This document shows, one piece after another, positions 48,201 through 61,787 of a stretch of DNA of 64,000 nt (positions within the stretch are counted from its first letter, which is position 1; every line of letters begins with the position of its first letter). This DNA is from an uncultured Clostridia bacterium (lineage in GTDB: Bacteria; Bacillota; Clostridia; TANB77; CAG-508). The position numbers were made by a program, and so were the translations under genes. The notes under the pieces were generated by a model. It was not told the DNA's origin. It did no database searches and saw only the letters and a list, made by a program, of their open reading frames with translations. Location: positions 26,183-90,182 of the forward strand of contig CALXWP010000003.1 of assembly GCA_944392455.1 (NCBI GenBank), given 5' to 3'.

Positions 48201-48286
48201 TAGTTGCTATAATAATTGGAATAGCTATAATTTCATTAATTATATTAAGAAAATTAATATATAGAAGTAATACAAAAAACAATTAA
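39234..48286 (+). CDS. giant surface protein copy 2 (~3016 aa) with +1 shifts at CGG 43092-94 and 46030-32
   Basis: Three ORFs are colinear with copy 1. The junctions read LSNS-GNASVSNIFCLVN and GGLN-GYGRSYE (copy 1: GGLNGYSESYE). Confidence 0.85.
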
Positions 48287-48295
48287 ATAATTCAA

Positions 48296-48375
48296 TAATA
48301 AATAGACTGTAGTATAAATAAAATGAATTAATCTTTGTAATACATTAATATTTATATAGTACAGTCTATTTATTA
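48296..48375. terminator. inverted repeat after copy 2; related one at 59603-59665 after copy 3
   Basis: TAATAAATAGACTGTA...TACAGTCTATTTATTA. Confidence 0.7.
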
Positions 48376-48581
48376 AAATCAATGCGAGAACTTGTAAAAA
48401 TATAATATAAAGTATATTAGTTGTCTTGTAATTGTACAAAAATACACAAAAAGTAATTAGGAAAATGTGAAAAGATTTACTTAAAGTCGTCAAAAAAATG
48501 TACATATATTCAAAAAAGTCGTTTGATTTTTGTGAAGAATAGTGGTATAATATATATGGATATACATTAAGGAGTGATTAT

Positions 48582-49898
48582 ATGTATAGAAATAAAATGG
48601 AAGAATTAAAAAAATGGAAAGAATCACAAAATAGAAAGCCACTAATAATAAGAGGTGCAAGACAAGTAGGAAAAACATGGCTTATGAAAGAATTTGGAAA
48701 AGAATATTATGAAAAATGTGCATATATAAATTTTGATGATAATTCTAGGATGAAGAATCTTTTTGAAGAAGATTTTGATTTAGATAGAATTATACAAGGA
48801 CTAAAAATAGAATCGGGTGTAAACATTGAACCTGAAAATACATTAATTGTTTTAGATGAAATTCAAGAAACTCCAAAAGCTTTGAAAGCACTAAAATATT
48901 TTTGTGAAAATGCAAGAGATTATCATATAATATCTGCAGGATCACTTTTAGGCATAGCAATACATGGAGAAGTTTCTTTTCCGGTAGGGAAAGTTGATTT
49001 TTTAGATCTTACTCCATTAAGTTTTTTTGAATTTTTAACAGCATTAAATGAAGAAGAATTAGTAAAATTATTGCAAGAAAATGATTTTAAAATGATTAAT
49101 GTTTTTAATGCTAAACTAAAAGATTATTTGAAACTATATTATTATATAGGAGGAATGCCAGAAGTAGTGAATTCCTATGTAAATAATAAAGATTTACTAG
49201 AAGTTCGTAGAATACAGAAAACATTATTAGAAGATTACGAACAGGATTTTTCTAAACATGCACCGAAAAACATTGTACCAAGGATAAGACAATTATGGAA
49301 TAATATCCCAACGCAACTTGCAAAAGAAAACAAAAAATTTATTTATGGATTGGTAAGAGAAGGAGCGAGAGCAAGAGAATACGAGATAGCTTTATCATGG
49401 TTAATAGACTGTGGTTTAATATACCAAGTAAATAGAGTAAATAATAGTAAAATACCATTATCTGCATATCAGAACTTTAATGCTTTTAAATTGTATTTGT
49501 TAGATGTTGGATTATTAGCAGCAATGGCGGGAATAGATGCTAAAACTCTTTTAGAAGGAAATGAAATATTTGAAGAATTTAAGGGAAGTTTGACAGAACA
49601 ATATGTATTATGTCAATTAAAACAATGTACAAACTTAGATGTTTTTTATTGGTCTTCAGACACAGGAATTTCTGAAATAGATTTTATATCACAAATAGGA
49701 ACAGAGAATGTGCCTATAGAAGTAAAAGCAAACGAAAATTTACAAGCTAAGAGTTTAAAAACATTTGTACAAAAGTATAAAACAAAAATTAATATAAGAA
49801 CATCAATGGCAACATATAGAAAAGAAGATTGGCTAATAAATATACCTTTATACAGTATAGGAAATATAGAAAAAATAATATCTGATACTCAGAGATGA
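48582..49898 (+). CDS. AAA_14 ATPase with C-terminal DUF4143
   Basis: GARQVGKT, LDEIQE, GGMPEVV, KLYLLDVGLL, EIDF..PIEVKA. Confidence 0.9.
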   Translation: MYRNKMEELKKWKESQNRKPLIIRGARQVGKTWLMKEFGKEYYEKCAYINFDDNSRMKNLFEEDFDLDRIIQGLKIESGVNIEPENTLIVLDEIQETPKALKALKYFCENARDYHIISAGSLLGIAIHGEVSFPVGKVDFLDLTPLSFFEFLTALNEEELVKLLQENDFKMINVFNAKLKDYLKLYYYIGGMPEVVNSYVNNKDLLEVRRIQKTLLEDYEQDFSKHAPKNIVPRIRQLWNNIPTQLAKENKKFIYGLVREGARAREYEIALSWLIDCGLIYQVNRVNNSKIPLSAYQNFNAFKLYLLDVGLLAAMAGIDAKTLLEGNEIFEEFKGSLTEQYVLCQLKQCTNLDVFYWSSDTGISEIDFISQIGTENVPIEVKANENLQAKSLKTFVQKYKTKINIRTSMATYRKEDWLINIPLYSIGNIEKIISDTQR

Positions 49899-50133
49899 TA
49901 TTATAAAAGAATATTGAGTTATTAAACTTGATATTCTTTATATTTTATATAGGAAAAAATTTCTAACAAAAAAGTATATAAAAAAATAAAAAATAATGTT
50001 ACAATATAAAATAAGTATGATATAATGATTTTGTGATCAGACAAAAAAAGAAAAACAAATAAAAGAAAATACCACGAAAATCAGTATTTTCTAAGAAAAA
50101 ACCAAATGAAAAAAGAAAGGAAGATTGCGAGAA

Positions 50134-50333
<200 letters not shown>

Positions 50334-50429
50334 TCTGTCCTTTTTGTGTGCAAAAAAGAAAAAAATAGAAAAGAAAAAAGAAAATAAAACGATAAAAATA
50401 TGCAAAAGCAGAAAGGATTGATTAAGAAT

Positions 50430-53400
50430 ATGCAAAAACAAAAACTAAGAAACAATAAGATAAAAGGAAGAAATACAAAAAACATGCCAATGTTTATACT
50501 AATAGGATTAATAGCAATGATAATAATTATTGCTGTAATTTATTATGTGTTTTTAAGATATTCACCAGAACAAATAATAACATATAGTGGATATGCTATA
50601 GAAGGAAAAACAATGGCAGAGAACTTAAAGAGTAGCGAAATATCAAATATAGAGCAATATTTAAACTTAGTAGAAGTAAAAGAGAATGATCTGCTATATA
50701 AAAGATTAAATTCATATTACATAGGAGAAGATGATAAAAAAGAAGTAGATATTAACTATCCTATGTATATAAATGAAGGAAATACAGTATGGAATCTAAG
50801 CCAAAATACAAAATTAATCACAGTAAATTATGAAGAAGTAGAAGGATATCCAGAATTTATGTTAACAGGTGGAGTAATGTATAATGGAGGAGACTTAACT
50901 AGAGCAGATGGAAATCAGTATCTATTTATAAAATCTGAAGATGATATATATATTAATGTACAAAAAATAAATATACAAACAGCTAGCAATGAATATGAGA
51001 TAAAAGAGTATAGTAATATTTACTTTACAGAAGATGCAATTACATATTATGAAATGCAAGACGGATATATGCAATATAAAAAAATTACAGATATAGATAA
51101 TAATTCAGAAATAACAATTAAAGGAGAAACTCTAACATATAAAACATTTTTAGAGAAATTAGGAGTTATTCAATCAGAAGAACAAAATGTAAATAATAAT
51201 CAAGATGAAGAAGTAAATGAAATAGAAGAAACAAATATAGTAAATAATGAGACACAAACAGAGGAAGAAAATAATAATATAACTAATGAAACAACAAATG
51301 AATGGCAAGAAGGAATGTGGGCAAAACCAGAAGTAAGTTGCACAGATTTTGAAGCAGATGTATATACAATAAGAGCAAATTTAAGTGTAATAGATAGAGC
51401 TGGAGTTATAACAAGAGGAGTAATCTTTGAAATAAGTTTAGATGGAAGACTAAATAGAAGAGTACAGGCAACAACTACAGGAAAATTAGAAATAACAGGA
51501 CTACAACCTGATACAACTTATGAAATAGTAGGAATAGTATACTACAATGATGAAAATGCAAATGAAGTAGAGGAAGAATTCTATACAGGATCAGTAACAA
51601 CAAAGTTAATTGATATATTAGGAACAATAGACTTTAGTTTTGAAAATGGAGAGATATATTCAAACAAAATAGAATTAATACATTTAAAAATAAATAATGA
51701 TATTAACGAAGAAGTAGTAAAAGGAATTTCAAGATTACAATTAGAAATAGACGGGATTGAATATAGATTATCAAATGATCAAGTAGATCAAGTAAAAGCA
51801 GGAGAAGAGATAACATATCAAACAAGTGCAACAATAGATTCAAATAGTAGGATAAAATATGAAATAACAGCATTTGATAAGTTTGGAAATGAGTTAAAAG
51901 AGATAAATAATACAGGAGAAACAATAACATCAAGACAAGCACCAAGTGCAAGTATAAGAGCAACAAAACAAGATGTAACAGAAGTAAATTTAGAGGTATC
52001 ATTAACAAATAAAGATAATGTATCATTAGAAAATTATAGATACGAAATAATAAATCAAAGCAGAGATGTAGTGAAGAATGGTACATTAAATGAGAATAGT
52101 AGCTCTGAAACATTAGTATTTACCGACTTAGATCCAAATGGATATTATCAAATAATAATCTATGGTGACTACGACTTAGAGAATGGTGCTGGAAAGCAGG
52201 TAAATCAAGAATTAGGAAGAGGAAGTTTTGTAACAAGACCAATAGCATCATTAGGATATATGCAAGTAAGAATAGAAGATACAGAAGTAACACAAAACGA
52301 AATGACACTAGGAATAAGTATAGATAGCAATCAAACAGATGCAAGACTAATAGCAATATTAGATAAAGTTGAAGTAGTTATCTATGATGAGGGAAAGAAT
52401 ATAAATCAAGATAATAGCGAAACAGAAGAACAGACAGATAATGAGATAAAGAGAATTACCTTAACAAGTGAAGAAGTAGAACTATTAAAGATAGCAGAAG
52501 AAGTTGAGCTAAATCTAGATCAATTAACATCAAATACAAAGTACAAAATTGATGTAATAACTACAGTAAAACAAGGATCAGTTGAAGAAGTAGTAGAAGA
52601 TAAACAAAACATAGATCAAGTAATAACAATAAAGATGCCAGCAGAAGTACAAATAAGAAATCAATTTGTAATAGGAGATATGATTGACTTAGATATCAGA
52701 GTAGAAGATGCTGACAATGCAGTATTAACTCAAGAAGTAAGAATAGAAGTAAGGGATGAAGATAATAAATTAGTTGACTTAAGTGAAATGGCTACAAATG
52801 GAGAGTATGAAAGAAAAACATATGAAAACTTAGAAGAAAATACAACATATAGAATTATAATATATGCTCCACAATATAATGAAGGTAGTACAGATGAGAC
52901 ATATCATGCCGACTATATATTAAAGGAAATAAAAATCCTAACAGAAGCAGGAATAAGTGGAAAACTAGATTTATTATCACTTGAAAAAACACCATCAGGA
53001 AAAAACTTAGTAGATGTAGCATCAAAGGTAAATTGGTATGAAAGATGTTTCAATTCTAGCTCTGTTTATGGAATAAATTATGATGAAGGTACAAAAATAT
53101 TAACATTGGGAGGTACAAATAGTTATTTAAAATTTACATATTATAATTTAAGTAAATATAAAGGACAAGAAGTAACAATAAGCTTTAAGGCAAGAACATC
53201 AGATAGTACTAATTTACAAATTGTAGAAAAAACAAATGACGATTTTAATGATTCAAGTAGAACAACATATTATACAATAAATGACTTAACAAATGATTGG
53301 AAAGAATATAGTTATACAGTAATAATAGATAAAACAGGATATATAGGATTTGCAACAAGTACAGAATATGCAAAAGTAGAGATGCAAGATTTACAAATAG

Positions 53401-56400
53401 AACTTGGAAATACAAAGACAAATTATGAAGATTTTGAATATATATATAATGCAAATTTAGAAATATCGATAAATGATGCAAGAGATGAAATAACAACAAA
53501 TGATTATTATATAAGAATATATAAGGATAACGAACAGATACAAGAAATTAGATATGAAGAAATCGGGGAAGATAATAAAATTGAAAATGTAGAAAAAACA
53601 TTTGGACTAGATTCTGATTCAACATATAAAATGGAGTTATTAGTTAAAATTGCAGACAGATATTATGAACTGGATTCACAGGAATTTACAACAGAAGATG
53701 AAAGGGAAATTAGAGGAATATCAAATTTAAATGATTTACTAAAGATACAACCATATGGAGAATATATAGTATTAAATGATGTGGATTTAACAGGAGCATC
53801 GGGAAATGAATATAAGTTTGGAAATGAAAATTTACAATTTGAAGGAAAGATAAATTTTAATGGTAAAACATTAACGAAGGATATAAAAAATAATGAATCA
53901 TCAGTATTTGATTCTGTAGGCAAAAATGGGATAATAGAAAATATTGTACTAAATGTTAAATTAAATAATGAAACAGAAAGTAGTTATTACGGACTTTTGG
54001 CAGGAATTAATTATGGTACAATAAGAAATGTGATGTTAAATGTAATTGAATCAAATATAAAAAATAATGGTTATCTTTTTATAATGACTGAACTGAATAA
54101 TGGAACTATTGAAAATTTTGTAATAAATTTTATGCATCCAGTTTATGTGATTAATAGCTTTGGGTCGGTTGCTCAAATGAATTCCGGAATAATAAAAAAT
54201 GGTTATATATATGGTCAAAACATAAAAATATTAGGAAATATTTCGGCATCAGTAGGTGGAGTAGCACAATACAATCAACAAAATGGAATTATAGAAAATG
54301 TATTTTCATTAGTAAATGTTGATAGTGAAACTAATAATAAATCAAAGGGAAATATTACGGCCACTAATATTAATAATGCATCTATACAAAATGTTTATTC
54401 AGTGGGAATTGGTGAAAATACAGATTTAAATAATGGACCTAATATATATTCTAAAACATCTTTAAAAGTAATTAATAATTATTATTTTACAGATGAAATA
54501 TTTGAAAGTTTATATGAAATTAAAGGTAATAAATTATCGTTATGGGACTCAGAATTTCAAAATCAAATAATAAATACTGATGGAGCATTTATAGTTGATG
54601 AATTAGTAAATGAGGGATATTATCCGCATGTTGATATGCCGAATGTAATGCCTTTGCAAGAATATATAGAGTTACCAGAAGTTGAGGATGCGGATTTGCC
54701 AGATATATTATCTACAAAAATTTTGGATCAAGGAACAAATAGTGTCAAAGTAGAGTTTAGTGTAAATAATCCATCGGCAGAAACAATTAGCAAAATAGAT
54801 ATAGAAAACTTAGATGTAGAAATATTATCACAAGAATATAAAGATGGAAAAAGTACAATAGAAGCAGAATTAAAAAATCCAGTAATATGCGTATCTAGCT
54901 ATAATGTTCTAAGTATAAGTACAAGAGGAGCATTTAGTAGTACATATACAAGAACATATGAAGAAGGAGAAAGAGTAATAAGTGTAGATTTATATAATGA
55001 AATATGGAATATAAATGATTGGAAGAATATAAAGAATTCACCAACAGAAAATTACTTACTAATGGAAAATTTAGATTTTATAAATGAAGGAAATACTGTA
55101 AGTATATCAAATATAAATGGAAAAATTAACGGAAATGGTCATTCATTATCAAATATAAATTTAACTAATAATTATTCACTTATAACAAATTTAAATGGTA
55201 CTATTGAAAATTTATACATTAATAATTTCAATCAAGAAGTAACTACAGTAGGAGGAGTAATTTCAACAGTGTACAGTGGTGCTAGCATAGATGGTGTACA
55301 TTTGAATAATGCTCGCATAACTAAGAATGGAGGTGGCTACTTAGGTGGTTTAGTGAGGTATGCAAGTATGGTAACTGCTGTAAAAAATAGCTCAGTGACA
55401 AATTGTAATATATATATATACACGGAAGAGAGTGTTTCACAAATAGGTGTTGGAGGGTTGATTGGCTTCATAGATTCGGTAAATATAGAGAACTGTTTTG
55501 TGGAAGAATTAAATATATATGATAATTCAAAAGCTGTAAGCTCTGCAATTGGAGGAATTGTTGGTGATTGTTCAAATTATAATAGAATAATTAACTGCTA
55601 TGCTGATGGTATTTTAGTTTCAAATAATTTAAGTGTAGGAGGAATTGTTGGTAGTTTGGCAATGGGGATTGTAGAAAATTGCTATTCAACAGTAAATATA
55701 TCAACAACCAATAATTATGTAGGAGGTATAATTGGAAGATATTATGGCTTAGATATAACGAATATAAAAAACAATGTAAGCATAGGAGACATATATACAA
55801 CCTCAGGAATAGATAATTTAAACAGAATAGTAGGAAATAATATAGATGTAACAACTGATAATTATGCATATGAAAAACAATTGTTACAAGGATATGTGAA
55901 TAAAGAATCAAAAGGAGCTATTTTATTAAGTAAGGAAAAAGTATTAAGCTTTAATTTGGGAAATAGCTATGATTATAGTGGAAGAGAAAATGGAATACTT
56001 CCAAAACTATACAATACAGAGGGAACAGAACTTTTACCAAATCAAGAGGACATTTATTTGGAAGATAATAAAGATGAAGAGAAGATAGATTTAGAAATTG
56101 AAAGTATAGAAGCTACAAAGCCAAATACGACTGAAGCAGAAATTAATATAAGAATAAATAATCCAGAAAAAGTAGATATAACAGAGATAACAATAGAAGA
56201 TATATATTCTACTATAACAAGAAATGTGACACAAAATGGAATAACTAATATAACTTTAAGAGCAACGCCAGAAAGATACTATGATAGTTATAAATTAACA
56301 AAAATAAAATATAAAATAAATGATTCAGCAGAACAAATAAAAGAAGTAGAGGCTGAAGTAAAGGTACAATTCTATAAAGAAATCTATACATTTGAAGATT

Positions 56401-59400
56401 GGCAGTCAATAGAAGAAGGAACATATCAAAATTATAAATTAATGGCAGATATAGATTTTAGTGGAAGAGACAACATAAATAGTAATATAACATTAAATAG
56501 ATTAGAAGCAGAAAATCAAATTTATACATTAAAAAATTTTACATTAGAATTTAACGCTACGAATGCAGGATTAATACAAAATGTAAAAACAAGTATAAAA
56601 AATATAAGATTTGAGAATATAACTTTAAAGAATTCAATAAATTCAGGTTCATATTTTGGAATAATAGCTAATAGCAATGGAGATTTAGAAAATTTACAAT
56701 TTGATGAAATTTATATAGAAGCTCCAAAGATGAATTATGTTGGAATTTTAGGCAATTATGGAGGGGCTTCAATCAAAAATATCGAAATAGATCATTCTGA
56801 AATAAAAGGTAATTCAAATGTTGGATTCATAGGATATTATGAAGGAAAAATTGATACTAAAATAGAAAATATATCAGAATATAATGTAATAGTTATGGGA
56901 GGTGATTATGTTGGCTTAATTTTTGGTAGAAATAATGGACTCACGACTGGAGCTGCTGAAACAGTTGTGAGTGGAGTTACTATTGAAGAGTCTAGAGCTG
57001 AAGGAAATCAATATGTAGGGGGCGTGACTGGATATTCATATGCAGGTTATTTTTCAAATATCAAAGTAGTTAATACAACTGTTAAAGGTTATATGAACGC
57101 AGGAGGAGTAGCTGGATATGCAGATTATGGTGGGCTAACTGAAGTTAGATTAACTGATTCTGATGTAGAAACATATGATGGATATGTTGGAGGTATAGCG
57201 GGAGAGGCTTGTTTTCCAGATTCGGGCAGTTTGAAAAAAATTATTGTTGAGAAATCTTATATAGCTTCTTTAAATAGTGATGCTGTATATACGGGAGGAA
57301 TATTTGGATATGCAACAAATACATATCATTCTGGAATAGGAGTTTTGCAGACTGATATTTATAGTTATGGTTCAAAAGTAGGAGGCTTCATAGGTGGAAA
57401 TGATTCAGGAGGAAGATATTATTTACAAGAAGGAATAATTGAAAAAACATCTGTTATAGGAAGAAATTGTGTAGGAGGAGTAATAGGAGAAAATTATCAA
57501 TTAAATGTTAATAATGTCATGATTAATGTAGAAGTTTATGCAAGTGAATATAGTGCTGGAGGAGTAATAGGTAAATTAGAAAATATGAATACAACAAATT
57601 CATTAGATAAACGGAATGATTTATTCTTGCACTATAGTAGATTCAACAGTAACAGCTCCAACTAAAGTTGGTGGGTTAATAGGTGATATTGAGACAGAAA
57701 TATATAGAAACCAATCATTCTTTTATAATAATTACATAGACGCAGATGTAACAAGTGAGAATGAATCTACAGGATCACTAATAATTGGAGGAAGACCAGA
57801 TGAAAATCCATATATAACAAATACATATGTATATAAATATAGTACATTAAATGGATATTATGTATATACTACTAATGATAATATAGAAGAAGGTCAATAC
57901 TTGATAAGATCAGATTTAGATAATCAAAGTACGTTTTCAAGCAAAATAGGATTAGGAACAACATATTGGGATTACACATCATTAGAAGACGAAAAATATC
58001 CAATAATAAAAGATACATATTTATATGAATCAGAATTGCAGGATGGAGTATATTTACCAATTGATCCAGAAATAGTAGATTTAAATCTAATAAATGATGA
58101 AAATGATAATAAGGAGCAAACTGACAAAAATAATATATCAATTCAAATGAAAGCAAACTTACCAGAAGTAATAGTATATCCAATATCAGTAAGTGAAATA
58201 AACATAGACTTTAGTAGTATTTCATCAAATACAAGCTTCACATATTATATAAATGGTGCTGAAGCTGAAACTATTGATATATCAGAGAAAACATATACAT
58301 TTGAATATAACTTTGCTGATCAGCTTGAGATAGTTGTAACAAATGGAATAGATGAAGAAACTATTTCGATAAATCCATCTGAAATAAGAAGTGAAATTAG
58401 TTTAGTTGGATCAGATTATGCATATTTAATTGGAAATAGCTTATATATAAATGGTGAGTTACAACAAGGAGAATATGTAAATGTATATGAAGGATATGCA
58501 TTAAGTAGTAGTGGACAAGTTTTAAATATTTCAAGTAAAGAGGTTTTAAATAGCATTACTGAAGAAAATTCAAATATTTTGCCAGAACAAACAATAGAAA
58601 TTTCTAATACAGAAAATATTGAAAACGGACTAATTGAAACAAAATTAGAAAAAACTGCAAAACCATTACATACATATGAATACAAAGGTAGTTATATAGA
58701 AACTTTTGGAACATATAGTAAGATAGATGGAAATGTGAAATTACAAATATATAATGTGAGAAGAGGAAAATTATCAGCTCTATCTAATTCATTAGATATG
58801 AAAATAGACAATTATATGGTAGATTACTATAATGATAAAGAATATCAAACGATACTAACAAATAGTGGAGAAATAGTAGATCTAAAAGAACAGTTACAAT
58901 ATCCATCAAACTTCTTAAATAGAAATGTAAAGCAAATAGTACAAAATAGTAATGTAGAAAATCCAGAAATGATGGTTATATATAACACAGGAAAAGTAAT
59001 AGTATTTAACTATGTAAGTGGAAATGTAATATACGAGACAGAAGAAAAGGCAGATACAGGGCTAACAAGTTATATAACAGGAAGTATAAATAATATATGG
59101 AGTGATTACGAAAGTAAGCAATCAGAATATTTAAGAAGTAAAGAATTAATAGCAAAACTATCAGAAATGCCAATAGAAGAAGTTTTAAATGAAGTAGAAG
59201 ATAGTGAAAATAATTCTAGTACTTCTAATATAGAAACGAATATTAATAGTATTAATAACATAAATATGGGAAACACAAATGGAATAAATGTAGATAGCTC
59301 AAATACAGCAACTAATACAGATAATTATATAACAGTATACAATGGAGAGACAGGAGAATATGAAGTATACAGTGAGAAAGAAATATTAGAAGGAACAGAA

Positions 59401-59592
59401 GAAGAACCTGTATCAGAGACAGAAAAGATAAAAGAAAATGGATTAGAAAGCATATATAATTATGAGAAAGAAGAAGAAACAGGAACAAAAGTAAATGGAG
59501 CAATAATAGTTGCTTCAATAATAGTAATAGCTATGATTTCATTAATTATATTAAGAAAATTAATATATAGAAATAACTCTAAAAATAACTAG
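50430..59592 (+). CDS. giant surface protein copy 3 (~3053 aa) with a +1 shift at CGG 57612-57614
   Basis: Colinear with copies 1 and 2; the junction reads NSLDK-GMIYSCTIVDSTVTAPTKVGG. Confidence 0.85.
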
Positions 59593-59778
59593 ATCATTAA
59601 GTAAAAAATAGACTGTATAATATAAATAATATTGTATTATAATTTATATTACAGTCTATTTTTTTATTTAATAAGAAATTTCTCATTTCCTATTAAATAA
59701 AAAGGATATAATCACTATTGTTTTGAGATTTCTTCCTTATTTTTATATTTCACTATTTATAAAAATCAATAAAAAAAG

Positions 59779-59871
59779 TTGCAAAAATGTGACTTTAACA
59801 CCAATAACATTTGCAAGAATGTGATAAAAGAACAATATATTCTTGCAAAAATGTGATGAAAGTAGTATAAT
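59779..59871 (+). promoter_or_regulatory. promoter with three 14-bp direct repeats at a 32-bp period
   Basis: TTGCAA(A/G)AATGTGA at 59779, 59811 and 59843. The third supplies the -35 TTGCAA, 17 nt before TATAAT at 59866-71. Confidence 0.75.
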
Positions 59872-59904
59872 TAATATGTAATCAACATATATTAACAAGA
59901 GAAG

Positions 59905-61212
59905 GTGATTAATTTGAAAAGATTTATTATAGATGAATTAATTAAATGGAAAGAGAGTAAATATAGAAAGCCATTAATTTTAAAAGGTGCAAGGCAAATA
60001 GGAAAAACATATATATTAAAACAATTTGGTGAAGAAAACTATGATGGAGTTGCATATTTTAACTTTGATCATGATGAAAGTTTATATAATTTATTTAATA
60101 ATACAAAAGATCCAAAAAGAATCCTAGAACAATTAGCCTTCATATATGGAAAAGCTATAATACCAGGAAAAACATTAATTATATTTGATGAAATACAAGA
60201 ATGTCCAGATGCATTAAATAGCTTAAAATACTTTGAAGAAGAAGCAAATGAATATCATATAGCTTGTGCAGGAAGTTTATTAGGAATTAGGCTCTCACAT
60301 ACATCTTTTCCTGTAGGAAAAGTAGAATTTTTAAATATGTATCCAATGACATTTAGCGAATTTTTAATAGCTGATGGATGTGAAAATTTAGTAGAATATA
60401 TGAAAAGTATAAATACGATAGAAAGTATTCCAGATATATTTTTTGATCAACTAGAAGAGAAGCTAAAAGCATATTTTATTATAGGAGGTATGCCGGAAGC
60501 AGTTAATATTTGGGTAAATGAAAAAAATATGGAACTTGTAAATAATGTACAAGAAAATATATTAAAAGCATATGAAAGTGATTTTTCAAAACACACTCAA
60601 AATAGTGAAGCTAATAAAATATCTTTAATATGGAATAGTATTCCATCGCAACTTGCAAAAGAAAATAAAAAATTTTTATATCAAACAATAAAAGAAGGAG
60701 CAAGAGCTAGAGAATATGAAAGTGCATTAAATTGGTTAAATGATGCAAACTTAATATATAAAATATATAATGTAAACAAAGCAGATTTTCCATTAAAAGC
60801 ATATACTGATTTAAGTTCTTTTAAAATATATATGAATGACATAGGGCTACTTAGAAGAATGTCAAATTTAGATAGCAGAATAGTTGTTGAAGGAGATAAG
60901 TTATTCCAAGAATTTAAAGGAGCATTTACTGAAAATTATGTATTAAATACATTATGCAATATATTTGATAGTGTTCCTAATTATTATACTTTTGATAGAC
61001 ATGAAATTGATTTTATTATTCAATATAAGAATAAAATAATTCCTATTGAAGTTAAATCAAATAGAAATGTAAATAATGTAAGTTTGACTAGATATAATGA
61101 AAAATATAATAATGATGTATCTATTAGATTTTCAATGAATAATCTAAAAAAAGATGGAAAGATTATAAATATTCCGTTATTTTTAATAGAATATATTAGT
61201 AAATTTATATAA
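59905..61212 (+). CDS. AAA_14 ATPase with C-terminal DUF4143 (second paralog)
   Basis: GARQIGKT, FDEIQE, GGMPEAV, EIDF..PIEVKS. Confidence 0.9.
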   Translation: MINLKRFIIDELIKWKESKYRKPLILKGARQIGKTYILKQFGEENYDGVAYFNFDHDESLYNLFNNTKDPKRILEQLAFIYGKAIIPGKTLIIFDEIQECPDALNSLKYFEEEANEYHIACAGSLLGIRLSHTSFPVGKVEFLNMYPMTFSEFLIADGCENLVEYMKSINTIESIPDIFFDQLEEKLKAYFIIGGMPEAVNIWVNEKNMELVNNVQENILKAYESDFSKHTQNSEANKISLIWNSIPSQLAKENKKFLYQTIKEGARAREYESALNWLNDANLIYKIYNVNKADFPLKAYTDLSSFKIYMNDIGLLRRMSNLDSRIVVEGDKLFQEFKGAFTENYVLNTLCNIFDSVPNYYTFDRHEIDFIIQYKNKIIPIEVKSNRNVNNVSLTRYNEKYNNDVSIRFSMNNLKKDGKIINIPLFLIEYISKFI

Positions 61213-61498
61213 CTAAAAAGTGAATATAAAAAAGATTATAAATAATTTTTGTGTTATTAGATTAAAAAAGAATATTGAGTTAGTAACAACTTGATATTCT
61301 TTATATAATAATAAAGGGAAAAATTTCTAGAAAAAAAGTATATAAAAAAATAAAAAATAATGTTACAATATAAAATAAGTTATGATATAATGATTTTGTG
61401 ATTAGACAAAAAAGAAAAACACATAAATGAAAATACTAGGAAAACCAGTATTTTCTAAGAAAAAACCAAATGAAAAAAGAAAGGAAGATTTGAGGAAA

Positions 61499-61692
61499 AT
61501 GATAAAAATAGCAAACCCTTGGGGCTCTAGAGAGAGAGAGAGAGAGAGAGCGTACTTTTAATTAATGAATGCTTCTGCAGAAGCATATTATTTGTCGTAC
61601 AAAAAAACATAGAAAATAATAAAGAGAATATAGATAAAACAAGGATAGACTATCACATGGATATCTTAAGAAAGATATTTATGCGAATATAG
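61499..61692 (+). other. leader peptide 4, out of frame: (AG)11CG at 61529-61552, stop at 61561
   Basis: Reads ...RERAYF*; the unreached frame is open to TAG 61690-92. Confidence 0.8.
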
Positions 61693-61704
61693 TCTGTCCT
61701 TTTT
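61641..61704 (+). terminator. leader terminator 4
   Basis: AAGGATAGACTAT/ATAGTCTGTCCTT; a G-to-A change converts a G-U pair into A-U. Confidence 0.82.
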
Positions 61705-61787
61705 GTGTGCAAAAAAATAAACAAAGCAAGAAAAATTAGAAAATAAAACGATAAAAATATGCAAAAGCAGAAAGGATTGATTATAAT

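Noticed and set aside
59779..59856. Three periodic repeats as a mini CRISPR array
   Set aside because: 14-bp repeats with 18-bp gaps are too short, overlap a promoter, and no cas genes are present.
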